NCBI GenBank assembly: GCA_964016885.1
Contig: OZ024747.1
Span: 25,916,001 to 25,980,000, forward strand
Source of the DNA: Eledone cirrhosa
Lineage: Eukaryota
Direction of reading: 5' to 3'
Length of the DNA stretch: 64,000 nucleotides
Positions within the stretch are counted from its first letter, which is position 1; each line of letters opens with the position of its first letter. The translations under genes and the position numbers were made by a program. Positions 13,733-24,704 of the stretch are shown piece after piece. The notes beneath the pieces were generated by a model that saw only the letters and a program-made list of their open reading frames with translations, did not search any database and was not told the DNA's origin.

Positions 13733-14075
13733 CATACATATACGTGTTTTGCAACGGGTCACTTTGTGGCTCAATGAAAAGTTAATAAATTAAATAATCA
13801 GAACTATATATCATAAAACATGTCTATAGAATCACCAGATAAAATATATACCATTCCCTCTCCCAATTAGCATAATTAACTATATAAAAAATCGAATAGA
13901 CCAGGCTATAAGAATAAGGCTTCTATGAAGACATCTCCAACAAATAACCGAAACTAGCCCTTCGCGTCGGCCACGACGGAATATTTATCGAATATTTCGA
14001 CAGCGTAATCGCCCAGATACAGTCAATTAAACAGAATTAGGTGTAAAATAAACTAGGAGAAAATAGAATACATTT

Positions 14076-14157
14076 AAATACCTCTACCATGGTTTCGTCC
14101 GCATTTTGAGATTTCCAATAACTTTGTAACTCGAGTATCGGACTCATCAGGAGATTT
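14076..14157 (-). ncRNA. Type I hammerhead ribozyme motif (Penelope-type, palindromic stem III)
   Basis: ATCTC-CTGATGA-GTCCG...CGGAC-GAAA-CCATGG-TA-GAGGT; canonical core, stems I and II pair, GUA cleavage triplet. Confidence 0.8.
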
Positions 14158-14348
14158 GCTCTGATCCAGACATTAAATTTTCCAAAGTGATCGCGCCAAT
14201 AATTCATTCAAAATGGCTAAGAATCGTGACGTAGCAGCGGTCAGGTTGGAAAGAGTGTGGTAATTGCTTACGGCTGGTGGGTTTTTGCTAGAAAGCACAG
14301 CACAATACAGCCAAATTTGTATCTCAATATATACAGTATATATATATA

Positions 14349-14413
<65 letters not shown>

Positions 14414-14556
14414 GTATATATATATAAATATATATATATATGTATAGTTAAAAGAATAGAGGTGTAACACACAAGTTATATATTGGTAAACGGAATAGAA
14501 AATGCTGACAAATTGTTCACAGTGAAAAATAGTTTGATTAGGAATAATCAAACTGT

Positions 14557-16886
14557 CGGCCACTAACCTGAAAGCTTGCCCGTCTCCGCTGGTCACGTCC
14601 AGCACCACCAACTTACCTTCTGGGTCCAGGAAGATGGCCCGTATGGCAAGATCCAAACCTCTCCGAAAAAGCACAGCAACTCCTCCCCCCGATCCCGGAC
14701 GGCTGGGAGATGCGTACACATTGTAGCCGCCGAAGATCGGTGCGAAGGCCCGTGCTTCGGAGATTCTGGTCTCGCTGATGGCCACTACATCTATGTTTAG
14801 TGACCTGAGGTCGTTGAGTAGGTGGCCCTGCTTCCATGACGACCCCAAGCCACGCGCATTTATGCTGCCTATTCTGAGTGAGGTCATGTTGAAAAGGAGT
14901 GGAAAAGATGGGAAAGACCACTTACCTTACTTCTCGTAGGGGAAGGACGGTTTTTCCATCCTTTTCACTGCCTGTGGCCTCCTCAGGAAGGATGTCCTTA
15001 TAAATCCTCCGATGTCTTTGGGGAATTTTTGTTTTAGTGTCATGTACGTTTTCTGTGTGATGCGAGTGATTTGTATGTGTGGAAGTGGTGTGAATTTTTG
15101 GGTTGTTGTGTAGTCTTTTTCTGTGATGCTGGTGTTGTGTTGGATGTAGTGTAATAATTGCTTGTTGTTCAAATTTAATGCTGTGTAGTGCGTATCGTTT
15201 TGGTTGTTTTGTTTTGTTTGCGTTTGTTGTGAGTTTGTTTCTGTTTCGCATTTTGGTGACTTTTGTGGTGTAGGTGATGGTGGTGTTGGGGTTAATGATG
15301 GTGATGGTGTTGGTGTTTGGGTTGATGGGGTTGGTGATGCTGGTGTGGATGGTGGCATATCTGTCCTAACTTTTTTGTTTGTTAATTTATTTGTTTCCCT
15401 CTGTATTTTGTTTTTGGAGGGGGAAGGAAGAGAATTTTTTCTTTTTTGGTTTCTTTTTTCTTTTTTCCTGATACCGTTTCCCACTCCTCGTCGTCACAAT
15501 CTGTTTCCAGTTGTGATAGGCCGGGGAGTGGAAAATCCTCCACAGCCGTTAGTTTTGGTTGTGGCGTGGTGGATGGTGTAGGCGCTGGTGCTAGTTCTGA
15601 AGCGTTGGGTGGTGGTGGTGTTGGTTTTGCTGGTGGTGGTGGGGTTGTTGCTGTTATAGTTGCTTCTGTTGTTGCTGCTACAGTTGTTGCTGCCATCTCT
15701 GCTACTGGTGGTGTTGATGGTTGTGTCACTGGGGTGGGTAGGAGAGGTGGCCTCAACCTTTTAGCCTGAAGGCAGAAAGCCCTTAGGTGGGTTCCTTCAC
15801 CACAAACGACACACCTAGGCCTTCTGCCCTCGACAATTACGGTGAGGTGGCTGCCGTCAGTAAGGTCTATTACCTCTGGGATCTCCTCAATGCTTTTTTG
15901 GTCCGCTTGGATCAGGAGCTCCATCCCAGATCCGGACCAGTTCTCCTGCTTTTCTTTTGCTATTGCTATTATCTTTGTATTGGCTTCGATGCCGGCGAGG
16001 ACGGCCGCTATTAGCCAGGGAATTTCGATGGCCCGTGGGACGTGGGTCACCCTGATCTTTACGAGTCTCTGGCCACAATAGCTTGGGACGAGTGTGAAGT
16101 CGTCACTTCTTAATGGAGCCATGGAGTGTTCTCTAGCCTCCTCTGGTGTTTCAAAGAACACGTCCACGGTTCCATACTTCTGCCCACGTCTGATGTGGAT
16201 TTTTCTTGCCCACACATGTCCCAAAGCTTTTTGGATTTGGGACTCGGATGCCCGTTCCACTCGGCGCGATTTTACATTTATTGTTCGATACGACACGGTG
16301 CATAGGCGCCGATGCTCCATTTTATTAGGTGGGGGGGGGGGGGGGGGTGAGGCTGACCCTGTACCCATCTTTCTTTACCATTTTTTTGGCATTTTCTAAT
16401 TCCTCCTGAGTTACCGTAAATGCTTCGCACTGATTTGCTACTCTGGCAAAACTCAGGGTGGTTGTCGCGGTGGTGGTGGTGGTGGCGGCTTTAACACCTG
16501 CAGTCATTGGTAATGGCGGGAAATGAATGTCTGCCTGAGACAAATTTAAAATATTGCTAGTGCTTAAATTGTGTGTGTTGGCAGACGTAGTATCATTTAC
16601 AATGGTGGTGTCGGTGTGAGGTGTTAATTTGTGAGAAAGGCTTTCAGCTGCTTGGTGCAGTGGTGAATTAGCCATTTTTTTTTTCAAAGAAATTTTTTGA
16701 TAATCATAAAAGTTTAAATTTTTGGCACAAGGCCCCAATCTTTTTGGGTGTCCTTTTCGGAAAACAATGTATGTGCGCTTATATATAGTTAACAATAAAA
16801 ATTTTCCATAAATGTCAATTTTTAACAAACGGAAATAACAAACCTTTGCGGGGCTCACGATGATACGATTTACTACGTAGGTCGCC
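14557..16886 (-). mobile_element. Tx1/L1-clade LINE copy A (5'UTR + ORF1 + start of APE; 3' part missing)
   Basis: Near-identical to copy C (33976-); ORF1 pieces with VDVFFETPEEA and CVVCGEGTHLRAFC knuckle; ORF2 start MTSLRIGSINARGL; ends at FRLVA. Confidence 0.92.
14922..16676 (-). pseudogene. Tx1 copy A ORF1 (frameshifted)
   Basis: ORF pieces 16325-16921, 15382-16368, 14927-15484 join with frameshifts, mainly at homopolymer runs. Confidence 0.85.
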
Positions 16887-17191
16887 AATAATAATAATAA
16901 TGATTTCTTTATTGGCCACAAGGGCTGACATCAAGAAAAACATCACAGACAGAACAGGACGGTACGATGTGGGTTTTGTGCGTGTAAATATTTTTATTAT
17001 TTATATAAGAAAAGAAAAAAGACATAAAACATATATATATATAAACAATAAAATGAAAATTGGAACAATGAAAAATTCCCCAATAGGGGGGAAACCTCCG
17101 AGGGTTACTCGTGGCGAAAACCACATAAAAGACCACGGCCACCCTGACTACCAGGGCAAGCACCCCTCTCTCAATTTTTCCATCTCTCAAA

Positions 17192-20100
17192 CTACAGACG
17201 TATATTCGGACCATTCTCGCTACATTCACCCACCTTTCAACAAACTTGCTAGAAAGCAGCACTTGCCTCTCCACCCTGATTTTCCTCTTCAAGTGAAACT
17301 TGAAAAAGTTAATCAGGGATTCGTCGAAGAGGAAAGTGTTTGTCTTTAATCCTTTTAACCTTGTCCACCACACAATCTCTTTCGCCATGGCCACCAGGCA
17401 GATGAAAACCGCCTGCTCTTCCTCCTCAAAGGAAGACGGCGAGACCATCTGCACAATGGACTCAGTTGACAACCGGATCAGTCCCACACGTGACAGCAAC
17501 TGTTCGACATAGCTCCACAAGTCAGCAATGCTCGGGCACTGAACGAGTGCGTGCACAACGGTTTCGTCGCTATGCGCGCATCTCGGACAGGCTCGGCTGA
17601 CGGCACTTCCGTGCCTGTAGAGCTTATCTCTAACCGGCAGCGCTCCCCGGTAGCACTGCCAGGCCAGGGATTTTTGGAAGTTATCCATAGGCCCCGGGCT
17701 GAAAGTTCTCCGGAAGAGAGCAAGCAGCTGATCTTCGACGCCCAGGATCTCTCCAAGAACGTCGTCGCTCTTCCCCTCCACTAGTCCTCTATAGAACGCC
17801 GAGGTGGATGTTCCACCGATACTGGTGCCCAACTGGGAGAGGGTAGTGAGCGCCTGGAGACATTCCAGTTTCCAAGCGCTATCCCTCGGTCTTTTCCTGA
17901 CCCAGGACTGCAGCTCCGCCAAGGAGACGAGCTGTGGGAAAATGTGCCTGGCGAACGGCGACCACACCCCTTCACCATCAAGGAAGCACCAGAGATGTCG
18001 CAGCCTCAGTGTATGTTTGCGCATAATCAGCCATGGCATGCCCAGTCCTCCACGCAACGGGTGTTGACAGCAGATGGATCGTCTGACCATGGGAGCGCGT
18101 CCCTTCCACAAAAAGCGGAAGAGGAGGCGCTCCATTTAGGTGAGAGTTGGGCTGGAGCAAGGGACGACGGTGAGGCGGTAGCAGATGACGGATGCGATGT
18201 ACGCATTCGCTACTTCCGCCCGGCCTTTCAGGGACAGCTTCCTCTCAGCCCATTTATGGGTGAGGGAGGTCACCCTGCTTGTCATCTCGTTCCAGTTTTT
18301 CTCCATCTGGAGATCCGGTCCGAACCAGACCCCAAGCAATTTAACCGGTCCGTCCGTCCAACGCCCCACAACGCTGTCGGACGGCATGGACTTGCCTCTC
18401 CTGGTGCCTAGCTGCAAGCCCACCGACTTTTCCTGGTTTATCTTTGCTCCTGTCACCGCTTCGTATTCCTTGAGAGCGGTGCCGAGCATCTGGACGTGTT
18501 TGGTGCTCGACACCACCACGGTGACGTCGTCAGCGTAAGCCGACTCAGATTTCCCGCTTCCTAGTTCGCGTGGGACGCCCCTCATCGCCCCCAGTTTGTG
18601 CAGTAACGGCTCGAGAGCCAATACGTCCAAGAGGGACGAGAGGGGACAACCCTGGCGGACTGAGCGCATGATGCTGAACGGCTGCGACAGGTGACCGTTC
18701 ACCCTCACAGCTGAGCAGATGTCGCTGTACATTGCTGCGATCCAACGCCTGAAAACGGGTCCGAAACCGGCTGCCTCGAGGACCGCCGCCAGGTACCGAT
18801 GGTCGACCCTATCGAATGCTTTGGATTGATCCAAGTTGATCAGGGCCCCACCCTTGCCAGGTTCCTTAACCACCCTCTCTATGATGTATCGCATGAGGTG
18901 GAGGTTGTCGTGTATGGATCTGTCCGGGATGGCGTATGTCTGCGCCTCTCCCACCAGACCCTTGACGACAAGCGCCAACCTCGTTGCTAACACCTTGGCC
19001 AAAATCTTGAACTCTGCGTTTAGCAGGGTTATGGGCCTGAAATTATCAATAACATCCCCCTTGTTCGGGTCTTTTCTCAGCAGCGCCACTGCTCCCCGGC
19101 TCACAAAACTGGGAATGCTCCCGTTCTGCTGCCAGTTGCAGTAGACGTCTGCCAAGAGGTTACCGAACAAGTCTGGCATAAATGCATAAAGCTCGTAGGG
19201 CAGACCATCTAAACCTGGCGATTTACCTCTTGTGCAGTTAGCCATCGCTTCCCGTATTTCACCGGCTGTTACTGGCTTTTCGCAACACTGTGCTGCGGTC
19301 GTCGAGAGCCGAGGCAGTCCGTCGAGGTATGTACTGAAGTCCATGTCCCGATCCATCCGCCGCCGCTCCCGAACAGTTCAGCAAAGTGCTGCTGAAAAGC
19401 TTCACACATCCGCTCGAGTTCGAGCATCACGCACCCGTTTTGGTCAGACAAAGACCGAATTGTGGCTTTATTGCCACGTCGCGCCTCTGCCACCCGGGCC
19501 CATTGGACGGCTTTTGTCCCCTCGTGTTTCAGAGCACGCGCTCTAGCTCTGACAACGCAGCCTTCGTGTTTTGCGTTGAAGAATTGGTCAAGTGCCAATC
19601 TCGCCGCAAGCACGTCGGTTGCGATGCCTGTCCTAAACGCCTCTTCTAGCTTTCTGACTAGCTCTCCCTCTACTCTATTTTCCTCTATCACTACTCCTTT
19701 GCTAAACCTAATCGACTCTACTTTAATTGCCCTTTTCAGGGCGAACCACCACCTGTTGTTGACGACCGCTCCCGTCAACGCCCGCTTAACTAATACGCTA
19801 ATCCGGTCTCTGTAGGCCTTGCGCGCCGGGAAAGACGCGTTCAGCTTCCAGTAACCAGGCCCTTGTCTATGAAATCTGTCTATGTCGATCTCACAGATCA
19901 CAAATTTGTGGTCTGTGTAGTCGACTATTTTAAATTGTGGACAACTTATACTAGCCTTATCTAGTTCCCTGCAGAATACCCTATCTAGATACGATCTGGA
20001 TGACCCGATGCGGTTTGTCCATGTCCACATTGGCACATTCGGGTGATCCAGTCGATACCTGTCAGACAGTTCAAAACGTCTGAGCAGGTTGGTGAGGCTC

Positions 20101-20575
20101 TTGCACCCTCCTCCCCTATCCACTAGCCCCACACGATCCCAGCGTGCATCCAAGATACCGTTCCAGTCGCCCACTAACACTAAAGAGCGGGACGTTCCAA
20201 GAAAGGTCTCTAGACGTCTGAAGAAATCTGGTCGTCCTGCCCCTATTGGGGCGTAGACGGCTACTAGCCTGAAAGCATTGCCTTCGCTGCTGGTCACGTC
20301 CAGCACCACCGACTTACCATCTGGGTCCAGGAAGATGGCTCGTATCGCGATATCCAAGCCTCTCCGAAAAAGGACGGCGATCCTGGACGGCTGGGAGATG
20401 CGTATACTTCGTAGCCGCCGAAGATCGGTGCGAAGGCCCGTGCCTCGGAGATTCTGGTTTCACCGATGGCCACCACATCTATGTTTAGTGACCTGAGGTC
20501 ATTGAGCAGGTGACCCTACTTCCAAGATGACCCCAGGCCACGTGCATTTATACTTCCTATTCTGAGTACAGCCAT
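17192..20575 (-). pseudogene. Tx1 copy B ORF2: APE endonuclease, reverse transcriptase and C-terminal zinc finger, disrupted
   Basis: Segments 19269-20357, 18136-19356, 16909-18135 carry the motifs; frameshifts and one in-frame stop. Confidence 0.92.
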
Positions 20576-20607
20576 GTTGGATGAGAAACGGGGCAAATGA
20601 GAAAGGG

Positions 20608-22614
20608 TCACTTACCTTGTTCGTGTGGTGAAGGGACAGTAGAACCGTCCCTTTCGCTGGTCATGGGTGTTTCCAAGAGGATGTTAGTGTATATCCTCTT
20701 GGTAACCGTCTCTCTGAAGTCTCCAACTGCGTTGGGGAATTTTTGTTTTAAAGGTTTGTATTGTTCTAATGATCTAATGAGATTTCGATGATGCTTATGT
20801 TTGACGGGAGAGTTCTTGGTGTTGGTGGGGTGTAGTAATTTTTTTCCGTGATGTCTGTGTGCTGCTTTATATATTTTATGAGTTCTTTTTTTGCTATGTT
20901 TATGGCTGTGTACTTTTTGGGGAGAGGGGTGATTTTGTTGCCGTTTTCTTCTTGTTGCTGTTTGGTGGGTGTGTCTTGTTGTGTTTGCGTTGTTGGTGTT
21001 TGTGGTGGTGTTGCTGCAAGTTTCCTTGCTGCCTTTACCCCTCTTTGTATGCCTTCGCTTTTGGAGGGTGAATCTAAGGGTTTTTTGTTTTTTTGTTTTT
21101 TGTGGCAGACGTTTGCCACTTCACTCCCGCCTCAAACTCCATGTCGGATTCTGTGGCGTCTGGGAGGGGTATGTGCTCCACGGCTGTTGGTGGTGGTAGT
21201 GGAGCCCTCTTCGGCAATTTTGTTGCTGGTGTAGCTACTTCAAATGGAGCTATTGGTGTTGCCGCTACTGATGCTGCTGCTTTAGTTGTCCGTGGCCTTG
21301 GTACGGGTGCTACGGACGTTGCCCTCTTACTCACCGTGGAAGGGGCTTCTTCGTTTGTTGCCTGCCCTGCTCTTGGTAGCAGCGGACCAGGTATTGGAAG
21401 GAGAGGGGCCTTCTTCGCTGTCTTCTGCGAGGAAAAGGCCCTGAGGTGACCCTTCGACCCACAGAGATAACATTTTGGCCGTCTTCCTTCTACGCTTATA
21501 GGGAGTTGGAGTCCTACCTCGATGTCTATGATATCGGGGATAGCGTCGATACATTCCTGGTCAGTTTGTATAAGCATTTGCATGCCTATACCTGACCAGT
21601 TCTCTCTCTCCCTATTTTTTCTACTTGCAGCAAGGTCGCCCTGTTCTCGATTCCAGCAAGGACAGAGGCGGCCAGCCAAGGTATGGGCACGTCGGGTGGG
21701 ACCAGGGTCACTTTGACCCTCACAATTTCCTGCCCGCAGTAGGAGGGCACCAAGACTATCTCCTCACTCTTTAGGGTTTCCAAAGAGTGAGACTTTGCTT
21801 CCTGGGGGGTGGCGAAAAGTACGTCTACTATGGCGTACTTTCTGCCTCGGGTGATGTGGGTTTTGCGTGCCCAGACGCACCCCAAGGCCTTTTGGATTTG
21901 AGCCTCCGTGGCTCTCTCCACTCGATGTGAGATTTTTCTTACGGTGCGGTAAGTCACCGTCCGTAGCTGCTGGTCCTTGAAAAAATCGGGTGGAGGTTTC
22001 AGGGAAACTCTATTTGCGCTTCTTGTCACCATGGTCCTTGCGACTGCCATCTCCTCCTCTGTGACTAACACCGTCTCGATATTTCGGGCGACACCTGCAA
22101 AAGAAGTGGTCCCTTTTTCAGCGGCACCACTATTGCTGCCGCTACTGGTCTTGCTGGTGGTGCTGAGATCGCTATTACAGGTATCGGTGTCATTGTTGTT
22201 GTTTTCGTTGGTACAGTTGTTGGTGTTGTTGTTGTTGTTTTCGTTGATACTGTTGCTGTTGTTACTGTTATTGTGGCTGTTGTTATTATTGTTGTTTTTG
22301 TTGATACTGTTCCTACTATTATTGTTGTTGTGGCTGTTGTTATTGTCATTGTTATTGTCGTTCTCGACCTTACCGCTGTTATTTTTGTTGTTGTTATTGA
22401 TGGTGTTGTTGTTGGTGTTGCTGTTGGTGTTATTGTTGGTGTTGTTTGTGTTAGAAATATTTTTTAATTTTAAATCTGTAACAATCTTTTTTTCCTTTGT
22501 AATATTTTCGTTTATATGTAGCTCTGCTGGAACGCTGTCTTGTTGACATGCTGATAAAGTCTCCCTCTCTCTGTGTTATCTGACAGCGCTCTCTCTCTTT
22601 CTTGTGTTATCCAT
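20608..22614 (-). pseudogene. Tx1 copy B ORF1 (Asn/Thr-rich N-terminus, RRM-like segment, CCHC), frameshifted
   Basis: AQIQKALGCVWARKTHITRGRKYAIVDV is homologous to copy A/C ORF1. Confidence 0.85.
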
Positions 22615-23059
22615 ATTGAAATTTTTCAAAAAAATGTTTTTACATGAATACGACACCCCGTAAAGGGTGCCGTATTATTTACTAGTGAACCCCTGTATTA
22701 GGTGGGTTAATTCTAAACTTTTATCAAATTTAAAACTTGAATAAAAGGTTTAGAACGGTTGAAAACGAGGTAAAACGTTGAAAAAAACTGGAGGCGATAA
22801 GAAGCGTGGCTTCACCAACAACAATAATACACTCAGAAACAGAATGACAGTTCATCGCCAACAATTACGAGATCCAACCACGAGACAGATACCACTAAGT
22901 GCATATCTAGACATATGCGCAAGTAATAAGACACCCAAATTCCAAGTCTTCCCATTTTACCTTTGCGCTGACAATACAACAGAACAAATACGAATAAATA
23001 AGGAAAATATGTTTACTCAAAAATATAGACCAGCATTAGATATAGTTTAATATACATTA

Positions 23060-23810
23060 TGTCAACACCATAACATGCTAACCATCCAAACAGACACATA
23101 CATACACACACACATAACACCTACTTTATAAAGCCAGAACTAAATAAACCTTAACATACGTTAATACTCTAACACCTTAACATGCTAAACACACATCTCA
23201 CACACACATAACTCCCTCCCCCATTTCTACTAACGGAATCCTTTTCCTACACACACACACACAAAAATATATATTTTCTCCATCTTAACATGCTAACCAT
23301 ACTCCCACACACACATACACACATAGCACCCATTCACACGCACATAACACCCACGCACACACACAACTCCCTCCCCCATTTCTACTAATAGAATCACTTT
23401 CCTACACACACACACACAATATATATATTCTCTCCATCTTAACATGCTAACCATACTCCCACACATACAACACACACACACACACACACACACACATAAC
23501 ACCCATACACACACACACAACTCCCTCCCCCATTTCTACTAATAGAATCATCTTCCTACACACACACACACGCACGCACACGCACGCACACACACACATA
23601 CATACACACACACACACACACACACGCACACACACACACACGCACACACACACATAACACCCATACACACACACAACTCCCTCCCCCATTTCTACTAATA
23701 GAATCATCTTCCTACACACACACACACGCACGCACACGCACGCACACACACACATACATACACACACACACACACACGCACACGCACACACACACACACA
23801 CACACACAAG
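23060..23810. repeat. CA-rich compound minisatellite with a repeated ACAACTCCCTCCCCCATTTCTACTAATAGAATC block
   Basis: Block recurs at about 23210, 23364, 23517 and 23673. Confidence 0.85.
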
Positions 23811-23993
23811 CACACAAATAAACATACATATCTCTACTTTCTTTATTTCAATAGAAAGTCTCAACTCTGACACCCCAGCGAACCAACCATATTCACTGAA
23901 CCAGAACAATTCTCCCCATCCCATTTCTCTTGACCATTATCTCTTGTTTGGCACAACATTCTCTAAAAGGCTACAAAATAAATTCCCAAATAC

Positions 23994-24320
23994 GGGCGCG
24001 AAACTTAATGAACTTGTTCACGTGACAGTTATAATTTCATTTATAACCAATCAAATTGCATTTATTAAAAAAAAGCCTCTGTGAGCCACTTTTTAAGTAA
24101 AAAGAAATTCAAACAAACTGGCGCAAAAGCTGATGTGCTTATTCACGTGACTGCATCAACCAACCAAACTTCACTTATTTATGAAAAAACAACCTGAGCC
24201 CCCCCCCCCCCCTGTTTGAAGAACTTTGTAACGCGAACTGGCGCGAAATTTATTATACTTATTCACCAACCAATCAAATTACTTCTCTAAAAAACCTGGC
24301 ATTTCGAGCCACTTTTTTCC
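23994..24320 (+). promoter_or_regulatory. Three ~120-bp units with E2F-like GGCGCGAAA, E-box TCACGTGAC and CCAAT motifs
   Basis: GGCGCGAAA at 23995, GGCGCAAAA at 24121, GGCGCGAAA at 24241; TCACGTGAC in units 1 and 2; AACCAATCA in units 1 and 3; TTCAAA/TTTGAA (CHR-like) nearby. Confidence 0.45.
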
Positions 24321-24390
24321 ATATAAAACAAGTAACATTCAAAGACCAACCAGATGTGAGAAAAACCACAGACCCTCCATCTCAACTCTA

Positions 24391-24426
24391 CTTTTGAAAA
24401 GCAGAAGAACTGCGAAACAGGTAAAG
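24391..24426 (+). ncRNA. Minimal hammerhead motif, U3-A8 core variant
   Basis: CTT-TTGAAAA-GCAG aagaa CTGC-GAAA-CAGG-TA-AAG. Confidence 0.6.
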
Positions 24427-24704
24427 GAACCAAATAAATATATATATTTAAAAACTCCAGTTGCATTTTCGATTTTATCCTTTTTATTACAACTTATATA
24501 TTTATATTGTTATACTTGGGGAGGGTCAAATTTGTGTAATATTGCCAGAATTAATAACAGAACACACTCACTGTTTAGTTGGTTTTCGCTTTTCGCTTCT
24601 GTGTCTTTTATATCGGTAATCTAATTTATTCGGTCCTCAATGTTGCCATTGACTGACCAACGGTCAAAAATAATACAGATACAATATAGACACAAACACA
24701 TATA

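Larger units (their letters stand above)
16901..22816 (-). mobile_element. Full-length Tx1/L1-clade LINE copy B (second family)
   Basis: 5'UTR, ORF1 (CYLCGSKGH knuckle), ORF2 APE (GDWN, LDRVF, TDH), RT (PGLDG, RPITLLN, DQSKAFDRV, RQGCPLS, YADD), zf (CPRC..ETVVHALVQC), AATAAA plus (ATT)n tail. Confidence 0.95.
22817..24480 (+). mobile_element. Penelope-like element 3' fragment (PLE-0): GIY-YIG C-terminus plus long 3' region
   Basis: NTLRNRMTVHRQQ..LSAYLDIC..FPFY..RINKENMFTQKYRPALD fits the C-terminal half of a PLE GIY-YIG domain; a sense hammerhead lies at 24391-24426. Confidence 0.6.
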
